Positions 1 to 11,129 of a stretch of 64,000 nucleotides of DNA are shown here, piece after piece. A model generated the notes under the pieces. It was given only the letters and a program-made list of their open reading frames with translations. It had not been told where the DNA came from and ran no database searches. Source of the DNA: an uncultured virus (IMG/VR IMGVR_UViG_3300020577_011735) (taxonomy: Duplodnaviria; Heunggongvirae; Uroviricota; Caudoviricetes); IMG/VR virus record IMGVR_UViG_3300020577_011735, one strand, 5' to 3'. The stretch's first letter is position 1; each line of letters opens with the position of its first letter. The position numbers were made by a program, and so were the translations under genes.

Positions 1-81
1 AACGAAGGAATTTTCTCAAAAGCTGCAGAATTATTAAGATATAATAGGAAGGCAGATCAATTAATCAAAAAGTATATTAAA

Positions 82-1128
82 ATGATATATGATGATTATA
101 ATAAAAACAAAGATTTATTCCGGGTATCTATAGTCGAGGATTCAGAATATATTGATTTTAAATATATGATAACAACAGGAGATCTAAATAATGTCCAATT
201 GGGAAATCGGGATGAGAATGCCATAACAATAGAATTGACTTTTATTGAAAACACATTTAAGTGGAGTAGTGATACCACACAGGCAAGACTTGAAGTTAGA
301 AAATTTAAATCATATCAAGGAGACCTTTTAATTGTTGGAAGAAATATAAAGACTGGCGAGATCATTGAAAATGAAAACGGGATTAAGAGTAAGGATGCAA
401 TATCTTATGTTAATACCCCATCTGGTGAGGTGAGTAAAATAATTAAATTTTTTATAAGAGAATTTAAGTCAAAATATCCAACAATGAGCAAGTATTATGG
501 AGCGAGGTCTATACTAAAAATTGACACCAAATTAAGAGATAAAATGGAGTCCGATTCTGATAAAAAAAGGATGTATGATAGAGAGAAATATGAAGAAGAA
601 AGAGAGAGAAAAAAACAATTTATTCTTTCTAAATTAGACACAATGAAAATGAAAGAGGAAGATATTATTGATTTTTTTATAGAAGTTGAGGATGAAGTTG
701 ATATTCAAATATCCCATGAAAGGAGCATATACATTGATAGAACTATATATACTGCTAAGATATTTAAATCACTAAAAGATCCAATAGTAGATGAATTTTC
801 ATTAGATGGATTATTAAATAAAAATAAATTAGAATTTGACGAGAGTGATATACCTCTTAAAAAGAATATACCATATCATAAATTAGTGATAGGTTTATTG
901 GATGCAGATTATTCTCCAGATGAATTTAAAAAGAAAATTGATAAGGTAATTAATAGATTAAAATTTGGATTAAAATTGGAAGCATCAGAGATGATGATTG
1001 ATAAGAATCCTTTTTCTGGCGATCATGGGCTACATAACAGCTATCTCTCATATGAGTGTAATGATGAGATATCTAGAATGTTTACCAGTAAAAAAGCTGT
1101 TTATATCATATACCTATCAGAAATTTAA
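82..1128 (+). CDS. hypothetical protein
   Basis: 348-aa ORF; internal EEDIIDFFIEVED segment resembles a motif shared with several other ORFs in the window. Confidence 0.7.
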   Translation: MIYDDYNKNKDLFRVSIVEDSEYIDFKYMITTGDLNNVQLGNRDENAITIELTFIENTFKWSSDTTQARLEVRKFKSYQGDLLIVGRNIKTGEIIENENGIKSKDAISYVNTPSGEVSKIIKFFIREFKSKYPTMSKYYGARSILKIDTKLRDKMESDSDKKRMYDREKYEEERERKKQFILSKLDTMKMKEEDIIDFFIEVEDEVDIQISHERSIYIDRTIYTAKIFKSLKDPIVDEFSLDGLLNKNKLEFDESDIPLKKNIPYHKLVIGLLDADYSPDEFKKKIDKVINRLKFGLKLEASEMMIDKNPFSGDHGLHNSYLSYECNDEISRMFTSKKAVYIIYLSEI

Positions 1129-1715
1129 ACTATTCCAAATCCGACTGGGTTAACAACATATTCTATTTCTCCGATATCTGAACTACCTCCATAAATATAT
1201 AAATTAGCAGTTGTAGTGGTTGGGTATGTATATAGTGTTGTCCATGATGATCCTCTGTAATATTTAGCATATAAAGTATTTCCAATTCTTTCAGTTCTCA
1301 TTTTATCACCACTTGATGCTGTTATCCCAGTATCAACATATCCATTAGTATCATCATATGTTTTATAGTGATCATTAGCCCCATCTATATAAAGTAAATA
1401 ATCATATACGTAATCTGGAGTTAATGCATTACTTAATGCAAATCCCATACCTATATTAAAATTATTAATTGTTCCAGCATTATCGGTTATATCACTCTGT
1501 ATATACCCATCTGTAGAAGCTGGTAAATATTGTGCCGATTTTCCACTACCATTAGCACCAGTTGCAATAGGTCTCCATGATCCTGCTGGGTTTTCTTCCC
1601 AGTTAACTAAACTCCCAAATATAATCGGTACTTCTTGTGTAGGGGTCGTAGTTAAAAGTGGATTGATAAACAAACCTCCATTTATAGTTACTCCACCCCC
1701 AATTATAATGCTCAT
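1125..1715 (-). CDS. hypothetical beta-rich protein, possibly virion-associated
   Basis: Gly/Thr/Tyr/Asn-rich 196-aa ORF preceded by TAATATATA (1745-1753, minus strand). Confidence 0.55.
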   Translation of the reverse strand: MSIIIGGGVTINGGLFINPLLTTTPTQEVPIIFGSLVNWEENPAGSWRPIATGANGSGKSAQYLPASTDGYIQSDITDNAGTINNFNIGMGFALSNALTPDYVYDYLLYIDGANDHYKTYDDTNGYVDTGITASSGDKMRTERIGNTLYAKYYRGSSWTTLYTYPTTTTANLYIYGGSSDIGEIEYVVNPVGFGIV

Positions 1716-1854
1716 TTTATAGTAATTTTTATTTTATTGTGATTTATATATTAAAATAATGGCCATATCCTGCCCTGTTAAACAATAAAGAGAACTTCAT
1801 TTTTAAACATTTTATCAATAATTTTTATAATATATATTAAAATAAACTAATTGG

Positions 1855-3693
1855 ATGGCAAAGAACATAGAGGAAAAATATAAAAAGTTAGATGATATAT
1901 CACACGTACTTCAAAGAAATTCAATGTATATTGGATCCATTAAACCACACACCGCTGATAAATGGATTATAGAAGAAGGAAGGATGATTCAAAAACAAAT
2001 AACTTATAATCCAGGATTCCTAAAGATATTTGATGAAATTATAACCAACTCTGTCGATGAGAGCAAAAGAATAGGAACTAAATTAAATATAATTAAAGTC
2101 TCAATCGAAAATAATATTATATCTATATGGGACAACGGTGGTATTCCAGTTGTTAAACATAAGGAACATGGGGAATGGATACCTGAAATGATATTTTCTA
2201 ATCTAAAGGCAGGATCTAATTTTGATGATTCAGAAGAAAGAAGTTGGGCGGGCACCAATGGTGTTGGATCAACATTAACTAATATTTTTTCAAAAAAATT
2301 TGTTATTTCTACTTGTGATGGTAAAAATCAATTCGATCAAACTTTTACCAATAATATGAGGGAGAGAACTAAAGTTAAGGTTAAAAAAGCAACTAGAAAT
2401 CACACCGAAATATCATATTTACCAGATTTTGAAAGATTCGGTATTGATTCAATTGATGAGAGTCATTTTAAAATGCTTGAAAAAAGAGTATATGATATAG
2501 CCGCCTCTAACCCAACACTTAAAGTATATTTTAATGGACATTTAATTAACTTCAAATCATTTGAGGATTATATTAAGTTATATACCGAAAATTATTTTTA
2601 TGATACAAAGAAAGATAAAACATGGTCCATTGGTATATCACTTTCTGAGAATGGTTTTCAACAAGTGAGTTTTGTTAACTCAACAGACACATATGATGGT
2701 GGAACGCACCTTGATTATGTTTTAAACCAAATTATATCGGCTTTAAGAGAATTCTTTAGTAAGAAACATAAAGTAGACATTAAACCATCTGAATTAAAAA
2801 ATCATATGTTTGTTTTTCTAAATTCAACTGTAATAAATCCAGCATTCTCTTCTCAAACTAAAGAAAAGCTGATTACAGAAACAAAAGAATTTGGTTCTAC
2901 ATTTGAAGTTTCATCTAAATTAATTCAATCTATATTAAAATCCGAAATCGTTGCTTCTATCTTGGATTGGATTGAACAAAAGAAAAACGCGGATGAGAAT
3001 AAAGCTGCTCGTGAATTAAATAAAAACCTAGCTAAAATAAAAGTTGATAAACTAATTGATGCTAAGGGTAAAGATAGATGGAAGTGTAGTTTAGCTATTT
3101 TTGAAGGAGACTCTGCTTCTTCTGCATTTAGAAAATATAGAGATACCAATACACAAGGAGCCTTTTCACTAAGAGGTAAGTTTATCAATGCTGCAGAAAT
3201 TACTAACCAAAAATTGGTTGCCAATAATGAAGTTATTAATCTAATGGGAGCAATGGGCTTAAAATTAGGACAGAAGGCTGTTCCTGGGACATTAAGATAT
3301 GGTAGAATATTATTCTACTGTGATCAAGATTATGATGGATATTCTATTGTTGGATTATTAATTAATTTCTTATATAAATTTTGGCCAGAACTATTCGAGC
3401 ATAACATGATCTATAAAGTTGAAACTCCAATTGTAGTTTGTCAAAATAAAGCAAAGAAAAAAATATCTTTTTATACTCAGCAAGAATACCTTGATTGGTT
3501 AAAAAAAGTAAATCCAAAAGAATGGGAAATTAAATATAAAAAAGGATTGGCAGCATTAGTAGATGATGAATATAAAGATATTATACATACACCTAAACTA
3601 ACTAAGATTAAAAAAGATGATATTAGTTCTGAGTCACTGAATATATGGTTTGGTAAAGAATCTGATTTAAGAAAAACCGAATTACTAAAATGA
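1855..3693 (+). CDS. DNA topoisomerase II large (ATPase/TOPRIM) subunit, T4 gp39+gp60/GyrB-like
   Basis: GHKL motifs EIITNSVDE, DNGGIP, GTNGVG; TOPRIM motifs EGDSA, LRGK, DQDYDG. Confidence 0.95.
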   Translation: MAKNIEEKYKKLDDISHVLQRNSMYIGSIKPHTADKWIIEEGRMIQKQITYNPGFLKIFDEIITNSVDESKRIGTKLNIIKVSIENNIISIWDNGGIPVVKHKEHGEWIPEMIFSNLKAGSNFDDSEERSWAGTNGVGSTLTNIFSKKFVISTCDGKNQFDQTFTNNMRERTKVKVKKATRNHTEISYLPDFERFGIDSIDESHFKMLEKRVYDIAASNPTLKVYFNGHLINFKSFEDYIKLYTENYFYDTKKDKTWSIGISLSENGFQQVSFVNSTDTYDGGTHLDYVLNQIISALREFFSKKHKVDIKPSELKNHMFVFLNSTVINPAFSSQTKEKLITETKEFGSTFEVSSKLIQSILKSEIVASILDWIEQKKNADENKAARELNKNLAKIKVDKLIDAKGKDRWKCSLAIFEGDSASSAFRKYRDTNTQGAFSLRGKFINAAEITNQKLVANNEVINLMGAMGLKLGQKAVPGTLRYGRILFYCDQDYDGYSIVGLLINFLYKFWPELFEHNMIYKVETPIVVCQNKAKKKISFYTQQEYLDWLKKVNPKEWEIKYKKGLAALVDDEYKDIIHTPKLTKIKKDDISSESLNIWFGKESDLRKTELLK

Positions 3694-4049
3694 TATCAAC
3701 TGAAACACAGTATCTATATTGTATGAATGATGTAGGTGGAGAGGATTTTATTACTACTTCATTTTCGTATTCTAATGAATCTGATAATATTCATATTTTT
3801 AATTTTAATCAAGTCGAATTTGATATAACGAGAATTAAATATGTGGCTATTGATTATACATTAGATCCTTTCACATCATTTAATAAAAGATATACAAACT
3901 CTAATGCTTTACGGATTTTTAAAGTAAAATTTATTGAACAAGATTTTGATCGAATGACGGTTACTCTATTGATAGAGGGGCAAATCAAATCATTTGATTT
4001 ACAAAGTTATAAAAGGGATATAAAAATTGAAAACATTATAAATGAATAA
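3690..4049 (+). CDS. hypothetical protein with C-terminal RDxKI tag
   Basis: 119-aa ORF coupled to both neighbours; ends RDIKIENIINE. Confidence 0.7.
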   Translation: MISTETQYLYCMNDVGGEDFITTSFSYSNESDNIHIFNFNQVEFDITRIKYVAIDYTLDPFTSFNKRYTNSNALRIFKVKFIEQDFDRMTVTLLIEGQIKSFDLQSYKRDIKIENIINE

Positions 4050-4827
4050 AATTCACAACATCGATTGTTTAGAAGGGATGAAAATGATGGATAAGGAATC
4101 TGTCGATTTAGTCATTACCTCTCCGCCATATTCTAATATGAAAGAGTATGTTGATTTTAAAGGAATACACCCAGATGATTACGTTGAATGGTTCATGCCG
4201 ATAATTAAAGAAATTTATAGAATTCTTAAACCAACTGGATCTTTTATCTTAAACATTAATGACAAAGTCAATGATGGATTTAGGCATCCATATGTTTATG
4301 ATTTGATATCAACTATTCACAAAGAAACGGAATTCAAAATGTATGATAGATTATTTTGGAATAAAAAGAAGTCTATTCCTAATAAACATAGATTTGGAGA
4401 TAAGGTTGAATATATATTCTGGTTTACTAAGGGGAAGGGGTTTAAAATTTATATGGATGAGATGAGAACAGAATATAATAAATCCTCTATCAATAGAATG
4501 AAATATAAATTAAAAACAAGACATGCTCGCACTGAGGATAATAACTATAAAGAATGGTCACCAAATTTAAAAGGTGCACTGCCCTCGACATTAATTGATA
4601 TCTCTTCTGAGGTTAAAAGAGTATCAACTAAACATGTTGCAGTATTTCCCGAAAAGTTAATTGAATATTTTATAAAAGGTTCAACCAATGAAGGAGATGT
4701 TGTTTTAGACCCATTTATGGGTAGTGGAACTACTGGAGTTGTTTGTCACAAATTGAATCGTCAATGGGTGGGATTTGAAATTTCAAAGGACTATATAATA
4801 GAAGCAGAATCTAGAATATTTAGATAA
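4042..4827 (+). CDS. DNA N4-cytosine/N6-adenine methyltransferase, beta class
   Basis: Catalytic VITSPPY precedes SAM-binding VLDPFMGSGTT; HVAVFPEKL. Confidence 0.92.
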   Translation: MNKIHNIDCLEGMKMMDKESVDLVITSPPYSNMKEYVDFKGIHPDDYVEWFMPIIKEIYRILKPTGSFILNINDKVNDGFRHPYVYDLISTIHKETEFKMYDRLFWNKKKSIPNKHRFGDKVEYIFWFTKGKGFKIYMDEMRTEYNKSSINRMKYKLKTRHARTEDNNYKEWSPNLKGALPSTLIDISSEVKRVSTKHVAVFPEKLIEYFIKGSTNEGDVVLDPFMGSGTTGVVCHKLNRQWVGFEISKDYIIEAESRIFR

Positions 4828-4830
4828 AGA

Positions 4831-5340
4831 TTATTTAAAGAAAACTAATATTGATACTTTATCTTTTGAACCATAACTTACCTTTGTAGTAAATCCATAA
4901 TATTCACATCTAGATGTTAGTGTTTTAATAGCCTTATATCTCTCGATCATCATGTCTATTGTACTTGAGTCAAAAATTTCATCCTCGGCCCATTTTGGTA
5001 AATCCTTTTGACTTTCATTTTTAAATTTAGTAAATGATATTATTGACTTCATTGATAATATCCATTTATCAGGAATTCTACCATCCTTAAAGTATTGTCT
5101 TATTTTTTTACTACCAACCATTTGTGTCGAATTAACAGAATGTGTATTATTAAGATTACTAATAGTTACATATCCTTTGGATATAACTACCTCGTCAACT
5201 TTGCCTGAATATGATTCCTTAAACGTTTGAAATAAATCTAATATCTCGGTAAATTCTGCTGGCAATTTATCTACACTTTTACCCAATAAATAGGTATTTT
5301 CAACTGACTCATTTATAATAATATCAGAAAACTTTTTCAT
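4831..5340 (-). CDS. hypothetical protein with N-terminal leader motif
   Basis: Starts MKKFSDIIINES. Confidence 0.7.
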   Translation of the reverse strand: MKKFSDIIINESVENTYLLGKSVDKLPAEFTEILDLFQTFKESYSGKVDEVVISKGYVTISNLNNTHSVNSTQMVGSKKIRQYFKDGRIPDKWILSMKSIISFTKFKNESQKDLPKWAEDEIFDSSTIDMMIERYKAIKTLTSRCEYYGFTTKVSYGSKDKVSILVFFK

Positions 5341-5774
5341 TTTTTCATTTTTCTACTTTTTTTTAGAGCAGTTACCTCTTTTTGAAGCATTATTAATGTT
5401 TCTTCTATATTATTTAAAACTTCAGATTCTTTAAATTCTTCTTCCTCCTCATCTTCTTTTTGCATCTCATCAATATTATCACTGATTTCATCAACATCTT
5501 CTTGTATTATTTCAATGAACTGATTACTTCTGTTAACAGACATTTGTATAAAAATAGAAAGATATATCGCTTCTAATGAAACAATAGTTGTTAAAACTAA
5601 CAGCATTTTTTCAAAAGGAACAACTTCGAATATAGACAATAAAAAGGAACTACCGAATAGAATAGTATGTATCAATAATGACTGTATTGATCCTATCCAT
5701 TTGATTGCGCGGTCTGGTGCCTTGTTTAATTTAATCATATCTTTTTTTGACGAGCCAGCAGTGTCCATAGACAT
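5337..5774 (-). CDS. membrane protein, DUF1003-like
   Basis: Two hydrophobic segments, LTTIVSLEAIYLSIFIQMSVNR, acidic coiled-coil tail. Confidence 0.65.
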   Translation of the reverse strand: MSMDTAGSSKKDMIKLNKAPDRAIKWIGSIQSLLIHTILFGSSFLLSIFEVVPFEKMLLVLTTIVSLEAIYLSIFIQMSVNRSNQFIEIIQEDVDEISDNIDEMQKEDEEEEEFKESEVLNNIEETLIMLQKEVTALKKSRKMKK

Positions 5775-5842
5775 TTCGTTTTATACTTCTACTTTTCAAC
5801 ACAACCCATTATTCACCAAATAAAATAGAATTAAATTATATA

Positions 5843-6373
5843 TTAAAAAAGTAAGTTTATTTTTATTTCTCTTTCTAATGATCCGATGTAATCTCTAATA
5901 TCTTCTCTTTTTGTATAGAAGACTTCTTTATTTATCCAATAGTCATAACTTTTTGATAGAAGTCTATTTTTTTGTATATTATATATCTCTTTAAACTCAT
6001 CATAACATCCGTATTTTATTAAATATCTTGATAAATTATTTGTATAGTCAAATCCTATTTTGTAGAATCCATCAAAAAAAACCGGATCTGTAATGTTTCT
6101 AACATATTGTGAAATATTAATTTTATGGAATTCTTCATCGGTAAATTTTTGATCAAAAAATATTTGAGTGGATTTGAATAAAAAATCAATATTATTATTC
6201 TTTAAAATCTTAACTAATTGTAAAACATATTTAGCTATTTTTATATCTAAATATACCCAGATATCGTCTCCACTTTTAACTAAGATTGGAATTTTAGCAA
6301 TATAATCCACATAGACAATATTTTTAGATATTATCCACCTATCATTGGTCGGTATAATGCTTGATAAGTTCAT
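5843..6373 (-). CDS. hypothetical protein with C-terminal tag
   Basis: 176-aa ORF ending REIKINLLF. Confidence 0.65.
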   Translation of the reverse strand: MNLSSIIPTNDRWIISKNIVYVDYIAKIPILVKSGDDIWVYLDIKIAKYVLQLVKILKNNNIDFLFKSTQIFFDQKFTDEEFHKINISQYVRNITDPVFFDGFYKIGFDYTNNLSRYLIKYGCYDEFKEIYNIQKNRLLSKSYDYWINKEVFYTKREDIRDYIGSLEREIKINLLF

Positions 6374-6701
6374 AACTTATATTAAAATGTTTGATACCAT
6401 AGTCACTATCTAACATTTTTTTAAATTTTATTTTGTTGGTTTCTCTATTTCCAATTTTACTATCACTCGCCCATCGCCTATATCCACTTCCTTTTTTACC
6501 ATATTTTTCCTTCCATTTACTATCCTTTGTTGTATATGTCTTATACATAAAATGATCGCATGTTCCAATTTGGTCTATCCAAACGTGATTTTCAATAATA
6601 TTTCCATTGGCATCACGATAGCTAGGATACCACTTCCGTTTTTTAAGACGTGTAATTATTTTTATTTTTTCTTTATGTCTTCTCCAATCCCTGGTTCTCA
6701 T
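6342..6701 (-). CDS. hypothetical basic protein
   Basis: 119-aa K/R-rich ORF. Confidence 0.6.
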   Translation of the reverse strand: MRTRDWRRHKEKIKIITRLKKRKWYPSYRDANGNIIENHVWIDQIGTCDHFMYKTYTTKDSKWKEKYGKKGSGYRRWASDSKIGNRETNKIKFKKMLDSDYGIKHFNISYELIKHYTDQ

Positions 6702-6733
6702 AATATAAGATATTATATTTTATATATAGGTAT

Positions 6734-8263
6734 ATGAAAGTTTACAAATATAGTGAATTATTTGAAGCTAACCTATCTATTCAAGATTTAGAAAAAAGAA
6801 GTAGAGAAAATGGATCGAGAGGTGATGTTCTAGTTAAAAAATTGATCAATGGTGATCAACTAACTATCAATAAAAAAGGACAAAGAAAAAACATATCAGT
6901 TACGAACTCAGGAGATATTGTCTCGAATATTATAGATGACCGAGGTAAATATGATTCTGATTTAGGTGAGGTGATTTTTAAACCTAATTATAGATATGAA
7001 GATGTCATAGATGGTGATGATGGTAAAAGATACAAATTAAATGATATCGAAAAAACACCTGACTTTGGAAGCAGTCGAGGTAGCAGCTTAGGCACACTAG
7101 AAACAAGAGCCGTGGAATCATTACAATGTTTAATATTGGCATATAGACAGTTTAAAAGAACCCACATTAAAGAATCAGATTTTATTGATATACTACGTCT
7201 TAGTGATACTGAATTTAATGGGTATTTAGAATATGTTGATGCAATGAATATAACAAAAGATTTATTTGAAAATTATGTATCAGAATGGGGAATAACATTT
7301 TTAAAAACTGCAAATGCTTTATTTTCTAAAAAGATTAAAATAACACCAAGAAATAAAATTGATATTATTTTAAGACCAGATATTCAATACAAATTCTACC
7401 AAGTATCTAGTAAAAATGGGGTTTGTGAAGCAATTAAAAGAGTATATCACATGTCAAAAGTGCCCTCAATGTCTAAGTGGAATCCAGCGGATATATGGGC
7501 GGTTGATATTAATAATGAGCAAGAAATAATAAATGAAATTGAAAAGCATAAAAGTGTTTATGCATTAAATAAGGTAATAGATTACTATTTTGATAATAGA
7601 CAGTTAGTTGGTATCTCACTCAAAAAGGTAGATGATAAAGATGAAAAAATAAAACTAGTTATTAATAAAATGACTAAACCACCAAAATATACATTTAGTG
7701 GTATTAAATTATCAGAAGATGCTCTGTCAACAGCTAGTTTAAGAATTGAAGTTAATACATCCAGTGAAGTTGGATTTGGAAATGCTCCCTCTTACATGAC
7801 AGTTAGATCATTTAGTGGAAGTAAAATTCAAAACATCAGTGGAGAAGTTGCTGGAAAATCGGCTCGGCAAGGAAAAATTAGTTTAATTAAAATTAATGAA
7901 ATTCTTAAAAAGCATATTGGTGAAACAGTACCAACAGTTAAAGAAATAGATAAGTATGGTTGGGATGATGAAGAATTAAAAAATCAAATTGAGAATATTA
8001 ATGATCTAATAGTGCGTAGATATGGCCATGTTTCTCATTCTAATAGGCAATATGTTGAAAATCGAATAAGACTCGTTTCAAAATATCAAGCTTTATTTTT
8101 AGCTTGGATATTTATAGAGAATGAAGAAAAAAGAAAAAACAGAAGAGCTGAGTTAACTGTTGTCGACCAAACAGTTGAAGAAATGTTTCACTATGCGTTG
8201 TCCATAATGTTTGATATAACTAAATCCGGAAGAACTCCAAAATACGTTAGAGTAGTTGACTAA
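6734..8263 (+). CDS. conserved phage protein with possible PD-(D/E)xK-like nuclease fold and N-terminal leader
   Basis: KWNPADIW...LVGISLKK motif; starts MKVYKYSELFEA. Confidence 0.55.
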   Translation: MKVYKYSELFEANLSIQDLEKRSRENGSRGDVLVKKLINGDQLTINKKGQRKNISVTNSGDIVSNIIDDRGKYDSDLGEVIFKPNYRYEDVIDGDDGKRYKLNDIEKTPDFGSSRGSSLGTLETRAVESLQCLILAYRQFKRTHIKESDFIDILRLSDTEFNGYLEYVDAMNITKDLFENYVSEWGITFLKTANALFSKKIKITPRNKIDIILRPDIQYKFYQVSSKNGVCEAIKRVYHMSKVPSMSKWNPADIWAVDINNEQEIINEIEKHKSVYALNKVIDYYFDNRQLVGISLKKVDDKDEKIKLVINKMTKPPKYTFSGIKLSEDALSTASLRIEVNTSSEVGFGNAPSYMTVRSFSGSKIQNISGEVAGKSARQGKISLIKINEILKKHIGETVPTVKEIDKYGWDDEELKNQIENINDLIVRRYGHVSHSNRQYVENRIRLVSKYQALFLAWIFIENEEKRKNRRAELTVVDQTVEEMFHYALSIMFDITKSGRTPKYVRVVD

Positions 8264-8304
8264 ACTTAGTTGATAAATTTTTTTATAAATTAAAAATCAT
8301 TTTA

Positions 8305-8652
8305 ATGGCTAAAGGCAAATCAACAGCTAAATACATACACCCAGCAGGGATTTCCAATAATACCTCAGTGACATCAACTTATAATGGTGGCACATTGATA
8401 TATAATGGATCGTCAATAGGATGGACTATACTTAAGTCTAAGTATATTATTTTAAATAGGGAAATTGAGGTAGAAGGTGATAAGGATTTTAATGTAGCAT
8501 TATGTGTTTCACTGATAAATACACTTGGAATAGAATATTATATTGAATTAAAAAAACAAGAAGTAAGTCTTCCCAAAGAAATTGATGATTTTTTAGAAAA
8601 GGAAATTGTTTCTTATTATAGAAATAAGACAATAGATGAAATCATGAAATAA
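8305..8652 (+). CDS. hypothetical protein with C-terminal tag
   Basis: Ends YRNKTIDEIMK. Confidence 0.65.
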   Translation: MAKGKSTAKYIHPAGISNNTSVTSTYNGGTLIYNGSSIGWTILKSKYIILNREIEVEGDKDFNVALCVSLINTLGIEYYIELKKQEVSLPKEIDDFLEKEIVSYYRNKTIDEIMK

Positions 8653-8707
8653 ATATGATTCATATTAAACATGTGTTAGATATTTTTGTATATAGTAAAA
8701 AACTTAA

Positions 8708-9685
8708 ATGATTTTAGTAGATTTAATTGTTGATGGAAATTACCTATTGAACCGACAAGTATTTGCGTTACATAAAAATAATCTTTTGTTTGGAGCTTTA
8801 TACAAAAGCTTAGAAATATCCATCTCTAATTATAGAAAATGGTTTCCATTTGCAAACATCTATCTTGTATCTGATTCAAGAGAAAAATCTTGGAGAAAAA
8901 AGTTAAATAAAGAATACAAAGCTAATAGAAAGCAAAATAGTGATATCGATTGGGATTTTGTTTTTGAATCTTATATAGAGTTTAAAAATAATATAAAATA
9001 TCATGGTATTAAAGTATTAGAGTCACCACATATAGAAGGCGATGATTGGATATCTTATATTACAAATAAATCTAATTCAGAAGGAAGATCTACCATAATT
9101 GTTTCTAATGATTATGATATTAAACAAATTGTTGGATATAATTTAAATCCTCTCTGTATAAATATTATGTCTAATGAGATGTTGAATAAGCAAAAGCTTT
9201 TTTTACCAAAAAATTATCAAATTTTTTTAAATGAGGTTAATAAGTTAGATAACAATGATATATTTAATTTAAATGATAATGTAGAGTTTATTAAACTACT
9301 CAATTCATTTATGGAGAAATATGAAATACAAGAGGTTGATCCGATTGAATCACTAATTGTTAAAGTTATATCTGGAGATCAGAGTGATAACATTTCTTCA
9401 GTGTGGTCTATAGTTAAAAATGGAAGAAAAAGAGGAATTGGTGAAAAAGGAGCAAAGTCTGTAGTTGATAACTATCATACAGAGTTTGGTGATATGAGTT
9501 TGTCCGATCCAGATTTGTTTGAAAATATAGCAGATTTGATTTGTGAAAAGAAGAACCTAAGTAAAACAACTATTTCTGAAATAAAAGATAACATAGTAAA
9601 CAATATGAAACTTATTCACTTGGATATTAAATCACTTCCTAAGGAAGTAATAAGGAGAATGGAAAATGAATTTAATAAATCATAA
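8708..9685 (+). CDS. 5'-3' exonuclease / T4 RNase H-like (FEN family)
   Basis: IVDGNYL, YKANRK, EGDD, VSNDYD, SGDQSDNI, GIGEKGA motifs. Confidence 0.88.
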   Translation: MILVDLIVDGNYLLNRQVFALHKNNLLFGALYKSLEISISNYRKWFPFANIYLVSDSREKSWRKKLNKEYKANRKQNSDIDWDFVFESYIEFKNNIKYHGIKVLESPHIEGDDWISYITNKSNSEGRSTIIVSNDYDIKQIVGYNLNPLCINIMSNEMLNKQKLFLPKNYQIFLNEVNKLDNNDIFNLNDNVEFIKLLNSFMEKYEIQEVDPIESLIVKVISGDQSDNISSVWSIVKNGRKRGIGEKGAKSVVDNYHTEFGDMSLSDPDLFENIADLICEKKNLSKTTISEIKDNIVNNMKLIHLDIKSLPKEVIRRMENEFNKS

Positions 9686-10214
9686 TAACTTACACGGAGA
9701 AGAAACCTTTGCTGAGTTTGTAATTAATAATAAAGAAAGTATCTTGAAAAGATGCACAAATACATTTCTTAAATCTACAAATAGTATATCAGGTAGTAAA
9801 GTTGAAAAAATCACTAGGTATAATGTAGACTTGATTCGCAAATGGGGATCGGCAATTAGCATCAATAGTTTATCAACCGACTTTACTGAAACACTTTGCT
9901 TTTTTTGTGAGGTGCTATCACTTTATGATGAAAGATGTAAAATGAGTATGTCATATAATATTATTAATATAGATAATGAGCTAAAATTAGTATATGAAAG
10001 AATATCAAAATATAAACATAGGTCAAAGATTGTTGATAAATACTATAATTATCACACAGGTAAAACCGAATACCTCCTAGAAGACGGATCATTTGTTCCA
10101 ACTGAGGGAGTTCCTGCAACTATAAATATAGACTATAGATATTTTCCAACAGAATTCTTACCACTGTTAAACGAATCAGAATATAGAAATGCTAAAATAG
10201 ATCAAATATTATGA
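9666..10214 (+). CDS. hypothetical protein with C-terminal tag
   Basis: Ends YRNAKIDQIL. Confidence 0.65.
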   Translation: MNLINHNNLHGEETFAEFVINNKESILKRCTNTFLKSTNSISGSKVEKITRYNVDLIRKWGSAISINSLSTDFTETLCFFCEVLSLYDERCKMSMSYNIINIDNELKLVYERISKYKHRSKIVDKYYNYHTGKTEYLLEDGSFVPTEGVPATINIDYRYFPTEFLPLLNESEYRNAKIDQIL

Positions 10215-10452
10215 CTAAAGTAGAACTGTATAAATACTATGATGTTGAAAACATACTTGGGCAGATTCTATTATCTTTAAAATAACCTCAAAGTATGATA
10301 AAAGTGAGTATTATTTTACTTTTGACACATCTGAAGTTACTGATTTTACTACCAATGGAATAGCTTCAAAAAATATTTTAAATATGCATAACACTTTGGT
10401 ATCCGATATGAGGGATTTTAAAATAAATAAAATATATGGCGGAATTGATTGA
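10211..10452 (+). pseudogene. frameshifted small gene with C-terminal tag
   Basis: MTKVELYKYYDVE continues in the -1 frame as HTWADSIIFK...MRDFKINKIYGGID*; break at A-run 10248-10251. Confidence 0.5.
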
Positions 10453-10837
10453 TGTTGCAAATGCAATATTTAAGGACAAAAATAAATGGAAAGACATATC
10501 TGATGAGGATAAAGAAAAATTCTTTTTTATCTTTAATAGATATTTTTCTAAAAAATATCCTGATAAATCACAACTTCTGAACGATAAATTAATAAATAAG
10601 GTAGCCGCATTGGATACCTGGTATCTATTTATGCTAAATATACCCTATCCAAAATGGTTTTGGTCTAAGTCAGAATCCTCAAAGGTTAAGCCTGAAATAA
10701 GTGAAGATGAAATTACTCAACTAATGTTTGAGTTAGACTTGAAAAAAGAAGATATAGAAATTTTAGTTAAATACTATCCAAAATTAATAAAAGAGGAATT
10801 GAAGTATTATAAGGATGCAAAGAAACCAAATAAATAA
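10436..10837 (+). CDS. putative clamp-loader small subunit (T4 gp62-like)
   Basis: Size and pattern (FFFIFNRYFS...KWFWSK...IEILVKYY) recall gp62 homologues; replication context. Confidence 0.45.
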   Translation: MAELIDVANAIFKDKNKWKDISDEDKEKFFFIFNRYFSKKYPDKSQLLNDKLINKVAALDTWYLFMLNIPYPKWFWSKSESSKVKPEISEDEITQLMFELDLKKEDIEILVKYYPKLIKEELKYYKDAKKPNK

Positions 10838-11129
10838 GGAAGCTATAATTCATTGGTCATCTATAGGACGTGATTTCAAGGCTTATTATACTTCAGAAGA
10901 AAAGATATATGAATTGAAGGTTTCTTTACCACTACGTATTGATAATGAGAAAGATGCAATAGAATGGATTAAAAATCTAGTAAGCTTTTCAGATGAAATA
11001 ACACTTAGTGAATTATTAAATAATGAGGATAGAATAATGACAAGTACTAATCATTTTAAGGATAAAGTAAACCCAATTATACAAAAAGAAAGAGATAAAA
11101 AAATAAACACAATAATAAATGGAAAGTAA
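10815..11129 (+). CDS. hypothetical protein with C-terminal tag
   Basis: Ends ERDKKINTIINGK. Confidence 0.6.
   Translation: MQRNQINKEAIIHWSSIGRDFKAYYTSEEKIYELKVSLPLRIDNEKDAIEWIKNLVSFSDEITLSELLNNEDRIMTSTNHFKDKVNPIIQKERDKKINTIINGK

Noticed and set aside
1855..3693. T4 gene 60-type bypass in the topoisomerase gene
   Set aside because: The ORF is continuous through the ATPase and TOPRIM motifs, with no gap.
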